In this document: positions 1 through 8,778 of the stretch, piece after piece | Layout: each line of letters starts with the position of its first letter | Numbering within the stretch: position 1 is the first letter of the stretch | DNA from: an uncultured Candidatus Saccharibacteria bacterium | Lineage (GTDB): Bacteria > Patescibacteriota > Saccharimonadia > Saccharimonadales > Saccharimonadaceae | Assembly (NCBI GenBank): GCA_964404945.1 | Contig: CAYOLY010000002.1 | Span: forward strand, 602-64,601 | Length of the DNA: 64,000 bases | Direction: 5' to 3' | Notes under the pieces: model-generated | Database searches by the model: none | Told to the model about the DNA's origin: nothing | The model's input: the letters and a program-made list of their open reading frames with translations, nothing else | Translations under genes and position numbers: made by a program

Positions 1-10
1 GATCGTGGGG

Positions 11-613
11 TTAGATAGTGTTTGGCTTGTCGAGCGGGATAGATCGGCGTTTTGCTTCGAGCCAGTCGGGGACCCCGGTGAATTTAATTTCTGGGCAATA
101 GTTAATATCGTGGCGGGTAACATCATAATAAAGATTATAAACTTGGTCAACCGAACCATAGATTGCGTCTTCCATATCAAAGCCGAGTTCGGTGGCGACG
201 AATTTGACGGCCGCTTCGCTTGGGCCTTCAATTTCTACATAACTTGGAATCCATGGCCAAGTATCAATGTCAATTTCGACGTTATCAAGCCGCCACTCCT
301 CGCGATAAGTTTCTTGTTCGGCTTTAGGCTTTAACCCAACCGCCTTAACAAAGTTGATCGCTTCTTCGTAGTCATCAACCGTTAGACAGACTTCTTTCAT
401 GCCAGAGAGACTAAGGTTGTCTAAATGTTTATAACTCATAGTAATTCGGTTACCTTCATCGCGCACTCGCACGAAAGAATAATCATCGATATCGAAAATT
501 ATTCGGCGCATAAGCGTATCAGGTTGGAGCAAGGTAGCGCCAAGCTTTTTAAGTTGGGCGCGGAGCTGGTCTTTGTCGATTTTAGTAAAAGTAGCTTCAA
601 TCTCGGACTTCAT
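11..613 (-). CDS. CYTH-domain protein (class IV adenylate cyclase / triphosphate tunnel family)
   Basis: N-terminal EIEATF, FVRVRDEG, EQETYREEW and EIDIDTWP..YVEIEG motifs. Start moved to ATG 613, 6 nt from TGCTACAAT; the ORF-track 700 start overlaps the divergent gene. Confidence 0.8.
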   Translation of the reverse strand: MKSEIEATFTKIDKDQLRAQLKKLGATLLQPDTLMRRIIFDIDDYSFVRVRDEGNRITMSYKHLDNLSLSGMKEVCLTVDDYEEAINFVKAVGLKPKAEQETYREEWRLDNVEIDIDTWPWIPSYVEIEGPSEAAVKFVATELGFDMEDAIYGSVDQVYNLYYDVTRHDINYCPEIKFTGVPDWLEAKRRSIPLDKPNTI

Positions 614-653
614 AGTATCATTGTAGCATAAAAGTGCGGTATAATGAGGAGAG

Positions 654-1400
654 ATGAAGCCAAGCAAGCGGAAGATTAGCCGATATCGAGGACGACGCAT
701 AGGGGTCGTGGCTGCAGTAGTCGCGGCTTTGATTGGTATAGTTGTTGCGAATCCGAACAGCTATGAGCCGATTGTAGAGCCAGCGGAGGCGGTTAGCAGT
801 AACGATGTTATCGAAAAATCTGAAGGGCAACTATTAGCAACGGAAATTTTGGAAAAGCTAGAGATCAAGGGGCGTGCGCCAAAGACCGGGTATAGCCGTG
901 AGGAGTTTTATAAGACTTGGCCAAAAGTGGATGGCTGTAGTTTGCGTCAGCGAATTATTAAGCGCGAGTTGGGCGATACGGCGAAGTTGGATGCGGATCA
1001 GTGCACGGTGCTATCAGGTGAGTTTGTGGAACCATATACGGGGCAGCATCTGATTTTTTACGAAAAGTCGGATTTTGCGACGGGTATTCAGATTGATCAC
1101 GTCGTGGCGTTGTCGGATGCTTGGCAAAAGGGAGCGCAGTATAAAACGGCCGAGGAACGCTATGCTTTGGCGACCGACCCTTTGAACCTGCTAGCAGTAG
1201 ATTCTAGCGCTAATCAGCAGAAGTCGGATGGTGATGCGGCAACTTGGCTACCGAAAAATAAAGCATTTCGGTGTCAGTACGTGGCGCGGCAGGTTTCGGT
1301 GAAATATAAATATGGTCTTTGGGTGACGCAGGCAGAACATGATGCGATCGCGAAGGTGTTGGAGGCGTGTCCAAATGAGTTGGCGGTTGGGGTGGAATAA
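654..1400 (+). CDS. Membrane-anchored/secreted HNH-type nuclease family protein (DUF1524-like)
   Basis: N-terminal hydrophobic segment; IQIDHVVALSDAW, NLLAVDSSANQQKSDGD, WLP...CQYVARQ; GAGGAG SD. Confidence 0.75.
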   Translation: MKPSKRKISRYRGRRIGVVAAVVAALIGIVVANPNSYEPIVEPAEAVSSNDVIEKSEGQLLATEILEKLEIKGRAPKTGYSREEFYKTWPKVDGCSLRQRIIKRELGDTAKLDADQCTVLSGEFVEPYTGQHLIFYEKSDFATGIQIDHVVALSDAWQKGAQYKTAEERYALATDPLNLLAVDSSANQQKSDGDAATWLPKNKAFRCQYVARQVSVKYKYGLWVTQAEHDAIAKVLEACPNELAVGVE

Positions 1401-1592
1401 GGAAAATATAAAACATCCTTAGATCGGTTAACTCTAGACTTTCTTCAACCGAGGGTGGCGCTCTCCTCGTAGACTCGCTTACGCTCTCTAAATCGAAAAG
1501 CTTCCAGCCTCAGAAGTCAAGCTTCACGATTTCTAGCTAGCCTAAGTCCTTATTACTCCTCTCCAAGTTAGTTTTATTTATCTTTTCCTTAT
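1397..1592. repeat. MITE-like structured repeat, copy 1 (196 bp)
   Basis: Terminal IR ATAAGGAAAA/TTTTCCTTAT; core 1466-1558 is 92/93 identical to 10433-10525. Confidence 0.8.
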
Positions 1593-1594
1593 CT

Positions 1595-1809
1595 TTCATC
1601 CTCTCATTGATTACTCATATGGCTAGACAACGGAGGGGGAAACCCCAGAAACGTCCCTGCCCGTTTTCTACTGCATACATAATACCGTCAGTCTCAGCAA
1701 TACTAACAGCGTTATAAATATCAGCCGAAGCTGTTATACTCCACCAACCAGTTCCGCTATTATAACGTGACAAGCCCTCCGTAATTGAGACATACCCGCT
1801 GCGGACGAA
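1595..1809 (-). other. Orphan variable C-terminal cassette A (FISUMP/CLec-like tip)
   Basis: Frame 1809-1615 reads FVRSGYVSITEGLSRYNSGTGWWSITASADIYNAVSIAETDGIMYAVENGQGRFWGFPLRCLAI*; both anchors present; upstream in-frame TAA at 1849-1851, no start. Confidence 0.85.
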
Positions 1810-1823
1810 GAAAAGGCTAGTGT

Positions 1824-2040
1824 CTCGTCCGCAGCGGATCGAGTAGTGTTATTGTTAAATGGGAAGGTGGCTATTTGCGCAGTGTGGCAGATTATGGATA
1901 TTTATGGAGTAGTTATCGCCGATTAATGTTTCGTTTTTCTACTGCAAACGAAAACCTTCGTCCAACATATAGCAATGGATTTGATCTTTGGGGGCATTCC
2001 CTCCGTTGTCTAGCCATATGAGTAATCAAGAGGAGGATAG
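1824..2040 (+). other. Orphan variable C-terminal cassette B
   Basis: Frame 1824-2021 reads LVRSGSSSVIVKWEGGYLRSVADYGYLWSSYRRLMFRFSTANENLRPTYSNGFDLWGHSLRCLAI*; in-frame TAG at 1818-1820 just upstream. Confidence 0.85.
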
Positions 2041-2094
2041 CGGCTGGCAGTCGGGTGAATATGAAAATGAAGAAGCTTGTGTTATAATTTAGAC

Positions 2095-2844
2095 ATGGGC
2101 GATGTGGCAGAGGAGGAGAAGAAAGACGGCGCTTTGGTAGACAATAAGTCGTCAGCTGTGCCGGGTGAAAAGGCGGCGAGGGGCAGTTCTACGTTAGAAT
2201 TCAAGTCTGAAAATATCGGCAACTGGACTGCACATCAAGAAGGCTATTTTACCGAACAAAACCGTAAAGCTGCGGAGAAGCGCAAAAAGTCTGAACAAAT
2301 TCGCAAAAAAGTCAGGCCAATTGTGCTCGTGGTTGGTGGTTTGGTGGTGATTGGTCTAGCGGCTTGGGGAGTGATTGTGTTGGTCGCGTCGTCTACGAAC
2401 GAACTGCCACCGTTGCCAGATGATATTGCGCTAGGGGGTGAGGGTGCGCAAGAGGTGCAGGATCAGGCGCAAGATGTTTGGCAAGAGGCCTTGCAGGGCA
2501 CTGAACAAAATACGGGAGATGCTAGCAATGCGGAGCTCGGAGCGAAAGGTGTTGCGGCGGTGACGGAATATTTCGATAAACGCGCAGAGCAGGCTAGTGC
2601 AATGAGTGAAAAGATTGAGCTGACTTTGATTGAAATGGCGTTGTTCATTAGCAAAGGCAAGCCGGAAGCCGCAATCAAATCGTCGAAGCGGGTCTCATCG
2701 GACGAGATGAACGACGTACAGAAGAGCCAATATTATGGCATGTTGATGAATATTTATTATAGTTTGGGCGATATGGTGAAAGGTGATGAATATAGTAATT
2801 TACTCGAGCAAGTTAATAACGAAGATGCCGAGGTGGAGGGATAA
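2095..2844 (+). CDS. Hypothetical single-pass membrane protein
   Basis: One TM segment (IVLVVGGLVVIGLAAWGVIVLV) after a basic stretch; ATG 2095 is 6 nt after TGTTATAAT; stop overlaps next start. Confidence 0.7.
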   Translation: MGDVAEEEKKDGALVDNKSSAVPGEKAARGSSTLEFKSENIGNWTAHQEGYFTEQNRKAAEKRKKSEQIRKKVRPIVLVVGGLVVIGLAAWGVIVLVASSTNELPPLPDDIALGGEGAQEVQDQAQDVWQEALQGTEQNTGDASNAELGAKGVAAVTEYFDKRAEQASAMSEKIELTLIEMALFISKGKPEAAIKSSKRVSSDEMNDVQKSQYYGMLMNIYYSLGDMVKGDEYSNLLEQVNNEDAEVEG

Positions 2845-5800
2845 TGCGTAGGTGGTTAGTAATAAAGGCCCGAATCGTGGTGGCGATCCTTGGGGTAGCA
2901 ATGATGTTGTTGGCGGGCACACTAGTGAATCGGACGGAAGTGTCGGCGGATGCGGCGAGCTGCTTGTCGAGTAGTGGGGCGAGCAACGTCGAGTCGGTGC
3001 AGAATGCTTGTAATCTTTGCACTAAGTCGAGTACGTTGGCGCGCGGAACGCTTTGGATTAACGGGTCAGACAGTGAGCGAAATTCCAACACGATCGATGT
3101 TAAATATACGGAGGAAAATTCCGTTATAGATATTTATCTCTGGGGTCAGGTCTATTCTTGTGGGCAGGCTACGACGGCGAGTAATACCGCACATCATATC
3201 TGGATTGGTCGTGAGGGGCAGATGATTGGTAGCGGGTCGAATCTTCAGGGTGCGGTGGATTATATTAAAGAGAATAACGCCCAGAAATCACTCTATCGCG
3301 GCACTGGCACAGGAAAGACGCAGTCTTGGTACTCGCCGCTAGGTCAGCATGTTAGTATGAAGCTAGATGTGCAGAAGTTCAAGACCGATTCTGGCACACA
3401 ACACACGACCGAACAAGATCCGACTTATGGCACGGTCGAGGTCTACCGGGCAAAAGTTTCGATTAACCGGTGTTTCAAAAAATTAACGGGAGGGTATGTG
3501 AACCAGACTGGCTCACGCAGTGGGACTTGTTACGGTGACGACAGTGAGATTGTATTGAGAATTTTGCCGGTAGGTGATGACCAGTTTATCTCAAAATCGA
3601 AGGTGACGGCGGATTCTGGTTCGAGTGAGTCGGCGAGCTGGGGTGTGAACGCGGCAGATCTCGAAGTCCAAGCCGATGAGGATGGCAAGGCGACGGTAGC
3701 CTTTGCGCATCAGTTACGTTATGCGTCTGGTATGCCGAACGGTACTTACGAAGAGGCCTATACCCAGTGGACAATTAAGACTGACTTGCTTGCAAGAACC
3801 GAGTCAGAGACTTGGCGGACGCCGGGCGGTGTGACGAAAGAGACCGATTGGTTCACGACGGGCAATAAAGAGCTGAAAGTTGAGGTGCAGCTAGGTGAGG
3901 GCGAGACGGAGAAGCGGGTTTGCTCGACAATTTCTTACCAGACTAAGACCGTAAAATGGGACACTTCGAGCCCGCATAAAATGTTACCGGTGAACGATAC
4001 GGGTAATACGCAGGCTTGTGCGGTAGTGCGAAAAACTCCGAAGCAGAATACGGGCGGAATCGTCTTCTGGCCACAGTCTTCGGTCGAATCGGTGGCGGAA
4101 CGCGACGTCGTGAATCATAAGGAATGGACGACTGACGATAAAAACAAGGCGGATGGGGATATTGTCTCGATGCAACTTAGCACCGACTATAACCAAGCGA
4201 AGGCAAACTTCGAACATAAGATCCACGTCGATGTTGACTTAGGAGAGTATACCGTCGGCGCGAATGATACCTGGGATGCGACCAACATGTGCACAGAATA
4301 CTGGGTAAACTATGCCGATGGCACGACTAGCCCAAAGGAGAAGTTTTGCACTCCAAAGCTTAGCTCCGGTTCAAGTACTACCTCGGGCGAGAAGAGCGTG
4401 CCTGGTAGGCAAGGGTTCACAATTAATGTAGAAGGTAAGGTTATCGAAAAGCTAAATTACAAGCCTAAGACGATATCCGTAAAACGCGAGGAGCTGAAGA
4501 CGAATGCTTGTTATAACGCGGCCGGGGAGCAAACGGCCAGCACTGGATGCTCGTGGAATCCTGCACGTTACAAATACTATGCAGAGGAAAACTCTGGATC
4601 AGGGGAAGGTTATTCCTCAGCCGAAATTGAGTACGTTTCTCCAAATGAACCGGATGATAGTAATGGCCCGTCGTCGGGTAGCGGGGTGAGTGGCCAGCCG
4701 ATGTACGCCGGCGAAACTACGAGCATGACATGGTGGGCGCGGGCTAAGGCGATTGATACACGACGGATTGCTGAAATTCGGTCGGTGGCTTTTGAGGTGC
4801 TCTGGGATTTTAACTATAATGAAGTAGCGCTCTCAGGCGACCTAGATAAGAACCTGAAATATTCGGATAATCCGGGACGGAGCCAGTATGATCCGTGCGG
4901 CTATTGGCGGAATAGACTAGATCTCAGAGCGAACATGACGGACTGCACCTTGGTGAATCCCGGGGATAGCACGCTAAATAATGTGTTCGGCAATGGTTAT
5001 GTCGGCGAGCATTTGATGAATAGTATCTCTCAACTGTTGGTAGTGCCGGACCATGTCGGTGATAAATATTGCAACAGCTTTGCTTATAAGTGGCAGTACT
5101 ACTGGGGCGTGAAGCGCAAAAGCAGCGGAGATCAATGGGTTTGGACGCCGGAAAACCAGACCTACTGGACCCACTACGATGCGGCTTGCCGCACGATTGC
5201 TAAAAAGCCGTCCGTAGCGGTTTGGAATGGTGGCGTATTTACGAATGGTGGGATTATGACTTCATTAGCGCCACGCTATAACAATACGGCGATTGGTACG
5301 TTAGCAACGACGGCGAACGCGGCATACGGTTCGTGGACGGAGCATCTCGGAGTGGCGAATGGTCTAATCCAGAACTTCGGTACGGGTGGATCGTTGGCAT
5401 TCGGGTCGGGCGCCTTGTCGGTGAGCAATAGCTTTAATTCCCCGCTGACGATCCGAAATGACTTGCCGATTCTAGGTATGGCGAGTATCAATAATAATTC
5501 AGCTCTAGTTTCGCGGCTGGGTGATTATTTAGGCAACCTAGAGAGTGTTGAGCGGTTCGATGGCGATACATTAGAGATCAGTAGTAATTATACGATGCCG
5601 GCGACTTCATATAGCGATATCTATCAGTTACCGCAACAGGTTATCTATGCACCGAAAGCGACGAAGATTAATATTAGTGGTAACGTGACGCTGATCGACG
5701 CCTGGATCATCGCCCCGAATGCGACGATTGACACTTGCGCGGATTTCAGCGAGGACAGTACGGAAACGCGGCCGGCGATGGCACATGCTTGCGATCAGCC

Positions 5801-6053
5801 GCTTCGGATTAATGGCCCGGTGATCGCGAGCGCGTTAGAATTGAACCGCACCGGTGGGGCTGATATTACGAACGTGGGTGATAGATATACTGACGTTTTT
5901 GGCCCCATTTACTCTAACGCATGGGAGAAATACACCCCGGCTGAGGTTTTCAATCTAAGTGCAGCTACGTATCTCTGGGCTTATGCCCAGGCTGGGCGTT
6001 ACGGTTCTAGCTATACCGAATCCTACACGCGCGAGTTGCCGCCGAGGTATTAG
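2844..6053 (+). CDS. Large secreted Cys/Thr/Ser-rich surface protein (1069 aa), putative adhesin or pilus-associated
   Basis: Signal-peptide-like N-terminus, beta-rich composition, spaced Cys pairs, C-terminal ...ELPPRY. Function is inferred only. Confidence 0.65.
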   Translation: MRRWLVIKARIVVAILGVAMMLLAGTLVNRTEVSADAASCLSSSGASNVESVQNACNLCTKSSTLARGTLWINGSDSERNSNTIDVKYTEENSVIDIYLWGQVYSCGQATTASNTAHHIWIGREGQMIGSGSNLQGAVDYIKENNAQKSLYRGTGTGKTQSWYSPLGQHVSMKLDVQKFKTDSGTQHTTEQDPTYGTVEVYRAKVSINRCFKKLTGGYVNQTGSRSGTCYGDDSEIVLRILPVGDDQFISKSKVTADSGSSESASWGVNAADLEVQADEDGKATVAFAHQLRYASGMPNGTYEEAYTQWTIKTDLLARTESETWRTPGGVTKETDWFTTGNKELKVEVQLGEGETEKRVCSTISYQTKTVKWDTSSPHKMLPVNDTGNTQACAVVRKTPKQNTGGIVFWPQSSVESVAERDVVNHKEWTTDDKNKADGDIVSMQLSTDYNQAKANFEHKIHVDVDLGEYTVGANDTWDATNMCTEYWVNYADGTTSPKEKFCTPKLSSGSSTTSGEKSVPGRQGFTINVEGKVIEKLNYKPKTISVKREELKTNACYNAAGEQTASTGCSWNPARYKYYAEENSGSGEGYSSAEIEYVSPNEPDDSNGPSSGSGVSGQPMYAGETTSMTWWARAKAIDTRRIAEIRSVAFEVLWDFNYNEVALSGDLDKNLKYSDNPGRSQYDPCGYWRNRLDLRANMTDCTLVNPGDSTLNNVFGNGYVGEHLMNSISQLLVVPDHVGDKYCNSFAYKWQYYWGVKRKSSGDQWVWTPENQTYWTHYDAACRTIAKKPSVAVWNGGVFTNGGIMTSLAPRYNNTAIGTLATTANAAYGSWTEHLGVANGLIQNFGTGGSLAFGSGALSVSNSFNSPLTIRNDLPILGMASINNNSALVSRLGDYLGNLESVERFDGDTLEISSNYTMPATSYSDIYQLPQQVIYAPKATKINISGNVTLIDAWIIAPNATIDTCADFSEDSTETRPAMAHACDQPLRINGPVIASALELNRTGGADITNVGDRYTDVFGPIYSNAWEKYTPAEVFNLSAATYLWAYAQAGRYGSSYTESYTRELPPRY

Positions 6054-6085
6054 GCCGCGGGGAGAATGCTTTTGCTCGTAGTTGC

Positions 6086-7528
6086 TTACTCGGGTTGGAC
6101 AAAACTGTTTAATAAATTCTCACGGAGCTCGTCGAGGTTTAGGCTTTCGGGCCGCTCGGTTTGAACATAACTAAGATGCGGTTTTGATTTGAGTGCATCG
6201 CGCGTGGCGGCTGGGTAGAGTTTGGGGTCTGCGCCGAGATCGCGCAGTGCGATAAGATGGTGGTCGATTTCAAAAGAATACTTGATGGGCTGTCCGGCCT
6301 CGATGCCTTGGAAGATAGTGCCATGTGGTAACCAATCAACCATCGACATAGTTCCGACGGCACCAATCAAAACGAAATCACGCGTCGAGAGAATGTTTTC
6401 GAGTTCATTAGCCCAAAAGATATTAAGTTTTAGGGCGTCATGGTTTTCAAGAACTTGGTGAATTGGTTCTAGATATTTTTCGATAAGCTCTGTTTCGGAG
6501 CTGGCTGGGAGTAGGATAGTGAGTTCGCTCGGTAAATCTTTGGCGGATAAATCCCGGTAGAGATATTTAGCGTCAGGAAAAGCAGTTTCGACCGAAGCGT
6601 CTTTGACTTTGCCGAGATAAGCAGCGGAAGGCGCCTGGGCATCTTGCTTTGAAGTGCTAATTGAATAGACTTCGGCAGTATCTTTGCATTCAAATAAAGC
6701 GGTTTCGGGGTCGGTAGGGCTTTGGAAAACAAGGTGATAGGCGCCACTACAAATTGCGAAGGCACGCTTGCCGAGGTCTTCTGGGATGCCTTCGATTCGG
6801 GCGGCAAATTCTGCGTCGACTAGTTCTTCAATTGCAGTTTCGTCAATTTCGACGAGATTGGTTTTTTGGAATATATAAATACCGGTAAAGATAGCCTCAG
6901 CGGTAGCAGAGAGGATTAGTCCGACGAGGATTAGGTGCATGATGAGACTGGGTTTTTGGTGTGAAGAATATTGTTTTGAGATGAGCAACGCTCCAGTCCA
7001 GAAAATAAAGATACCCATGAGCGTCGTGATGGCGAGCTGGTTGGGTTGGAAAGTGATAAGGAAAGCCGCTACCCAGCCAATACTGAACAGGTGTGCGGCG
7101 CCAGCGACCAAAACGGCAGTGAGACGAGCAGTGCGCGGGCGGCTTTTCCAGGCTAAGACAAGCGCGGAGACATTTACGAGCGAAAGTAACCCTGAGCTTA
7201 GTAACATGACTTTAAGCACAGTGGGATAGTAATCCGTAGTGACCCATTCATAATTTTTAGTAATCATGAGCAGGATCATCTGCATTGGTCCGATCAGGAA
7301 GGCTAAGATTGATGCCATTACAAAACTGAAAGTGCTCAAGGTCAAAGGCCAGTGGCTTTCGGTACGGGCTTCAGCCTGCTCGTTGATAAGCTCGCTCGGC
7401 CAGAGTAACTCCGAAGAGGTTTTTTCTTCCTCCGAGGTATTAACTGTGTAATTCGGGCGGTGGTCAAGCGACGGCCAGAGTAAATCGTCGGTATTCAGCG
7501 AATTTTTAGTCTTTTTCGGAGCCTCCAT
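6086..7528 (-). CDS. Hypothetical multi-pass membrane protein with soluble C-terminal domain
   Basis: 480-aa ORF with about 5 hydrophobic segments; TGCTATAAT 8 nt upstream of ATG. Confidence 0.7.
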   Translation of the reverse strand: MEAPKKTKNSLNTDDLLWPSLDHRPNYTVNTSEEEKTSSELLWPSELINEQAEARTESHWPLTLSTFSFVMASILAFLIGPMQMILLMITKNYEWVTTDYYPTVLKVMLLSSGLLSLVNVSALVLAWKSRPRTARLTAVLVAGAAHLFSIGWVAAFLITFQPNQLAITTLMGIFIFWTGALLISKQYSSHQKPSLIMHLILVGLILSATAEAIFTGIYIFQKTNLVEIDETAIEELVDAEFAARIEGIPEDLGKRAFAICSGAYHLVFQSPTDPETALFECKDTAEVYSISTSKQDAQAPSAAYLGKVKDASVETAFPDAKYLYRDLSAKDLPSELTILLPASSETELIEKYLEPIHQVLENHDALKLNIFWANELENILSTRDFVLIGAVGTMSMVDWLPHGTIFQGIEAGQPIKYSFEIDHHLIALRDLGADPKLYPAATRDALKSKPHLSYVQTERPESLNLDELRENLLNSFVQPE

Positions 7529-7715
7529 ATGTCATTATTATAGCATAAGCGGAGCAAAAGTTTGGGTTTGGTGAGTAACTATTTTGTTTTGCTACCAACA
7601 AGATAGATAATACCGAGCGCAACCTTTGGATGAAGTAGGGTAAGTATATTCGTTATTTCTTAGACTGTGGGCTTATGATATAATTGTATCTGTAAAGTGA
7701 ATTGAAAGGGTTGTT

Positions 7716-8705
7716 TTGAATCTAAAAGTAGGAATTGTAGGTCTCCCGAATGTCGGGAAGTCGACGTTGTTTAATGCTCTGACCAACGCCGGGGCTTTGG
7801 CGGCGAATTATCCGTTCGCGACGATCGAACCGAACGTTGGTATTGTGCCGGTGCCGGATGAACGGCTAGAGGTTTTAGCGAAGATGTACGATACTGAGAA
7901 AGTGGTACCGGCGACGGTAGAGTTTGTCGATATCGCAGGGCTAGTCGAGGGTGCGTCGAAGGGTGAAGGCCTGGGTAATAAATTCTTGGCGCATATCCGT
8001 GAATGTCAAATTATCTGTCATGTGGTGCGGGTTTTCAAGGATGGCGATGTGGTGCGAGCAGAGGGATCGAAGGATCCGCAGCACGATATTGAAGTGATTC
8101 AGACTGAACTGGAGCTGGCTGATCTCGAAACTCGCGAGAAGGTCGAGGCGAAGCGTAAGAAAAACGCTGGCAAAGATGACCCGAGCATGGCGATTCCCTA
8201 TCTGACCGATAAACCGGTGATCTATATGTTTAATGTGGATGAAGACCAGCTGGCGGACGCGGATCTCCGGGCAAGTTTGGCTGAGAGTGTGGCGCCGAGC
8301 CGGGCGGTATTCGTTAACGCGAAGCTCGAATCGGAAATGTCCGGTATGACGGCGGATGAGCGCAGAGAATTCTTGAAAGAATATGGTGTTGAGGAAGATG
8401 CGCTAGGCGAGCTGGTGAAAGCAGCTTATGAAACTTTAGGTTTGCAAAGTTTCCTCACTGCCGGTAAAAAAGAAGTTCGCGCCTGGACGATTAAACAAGG
8501 CGCAACCGCGCCAGAAGCGGCCGGAACGATCCATACTGATTTTCAGCGGGGATTTATTGCTGCAGAAGTGATGAAATATAATGACTTAAAAGAACTGGGT
8601 TCGGAACAGGCGGTAAAAGCGGCGGGTAAGCTTCGCACGGAAGGCAAAACTTATGTTATGCAAGAGGGTGATGTGGTCGAATTCCGGTTTAACGTTTCGA
8701 AATAA
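7716..8705 (+). CDS. ychF: Redox-regulated ATPase YchF (shortened, 329 aa)
   Basis: GIVGLPNVGKST, DIAGLV, GLGNKFL, TGS-type C-terminus GDVVEFRFNV; TTG start after AAAGGG. Confidence 0.95.
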   Translation: MNLKVGIVGLPNVGKSTLFNALTNAGALAANYPFATIEPNVGIVPVPDERLEVLAKMYDTEKVVPATVEFVDIAGLVEGASKGEGLGNKFLAHIRECQIICHVVRVFKDGDVVRAEGSKDPQHDIEVIQTELELADLETREKVEAKRKKNAGKDDPSMAIPYLTDKPVIYMFNVDEDQLADADLRASLAESVAPSRAVFVNAKLESEMSGMTADERREFLKEYGVEEDALGELVKAAYETLGLQSFLTAGKKEVRAWTIKQGATAPEAAGTIHTDFQRGFIAAEVMKYNDLKELGSEQAVKAAGKLRTEGKTYVMQEGDVVEFRFNVSK

Positions 8706-8736
8706 GCGGATGGCGTTTCGCAAAATAGCATAAAGT

Positions 8737-8763
8737 TAGCCCCGGGCGGAAAGCTCGGGGCTA
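8737..8763. terminator. Hairpin terminator between convergent genes
   Basis: TAGCCCCGGGC-GGAAA-GCTCGGGGCTA, 11-bp stem with one G.U pair. Confidence 0.7.
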
Positions 8764-8778
8764 TAGGTTGCTAATAGA

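Noticed and set aside
1796-2040. In-place shufflon
   Set aside because: No constant 5' gene segment or invertase is adjacent; inverting between the paired anchors would only flip a 16-nt spacer.
2028-2040. GGAGG-ATG in cassette tails as an RBS plus start
   Set aside because: Zero SD spacing, B reads GGATAG, and no consistent downstream ORF.
8691-8729. CGTTTCG..AAATA near-repeat at the ychF 3' end as an att scar
   Set aside because: Short and gapped; within chance expectation.
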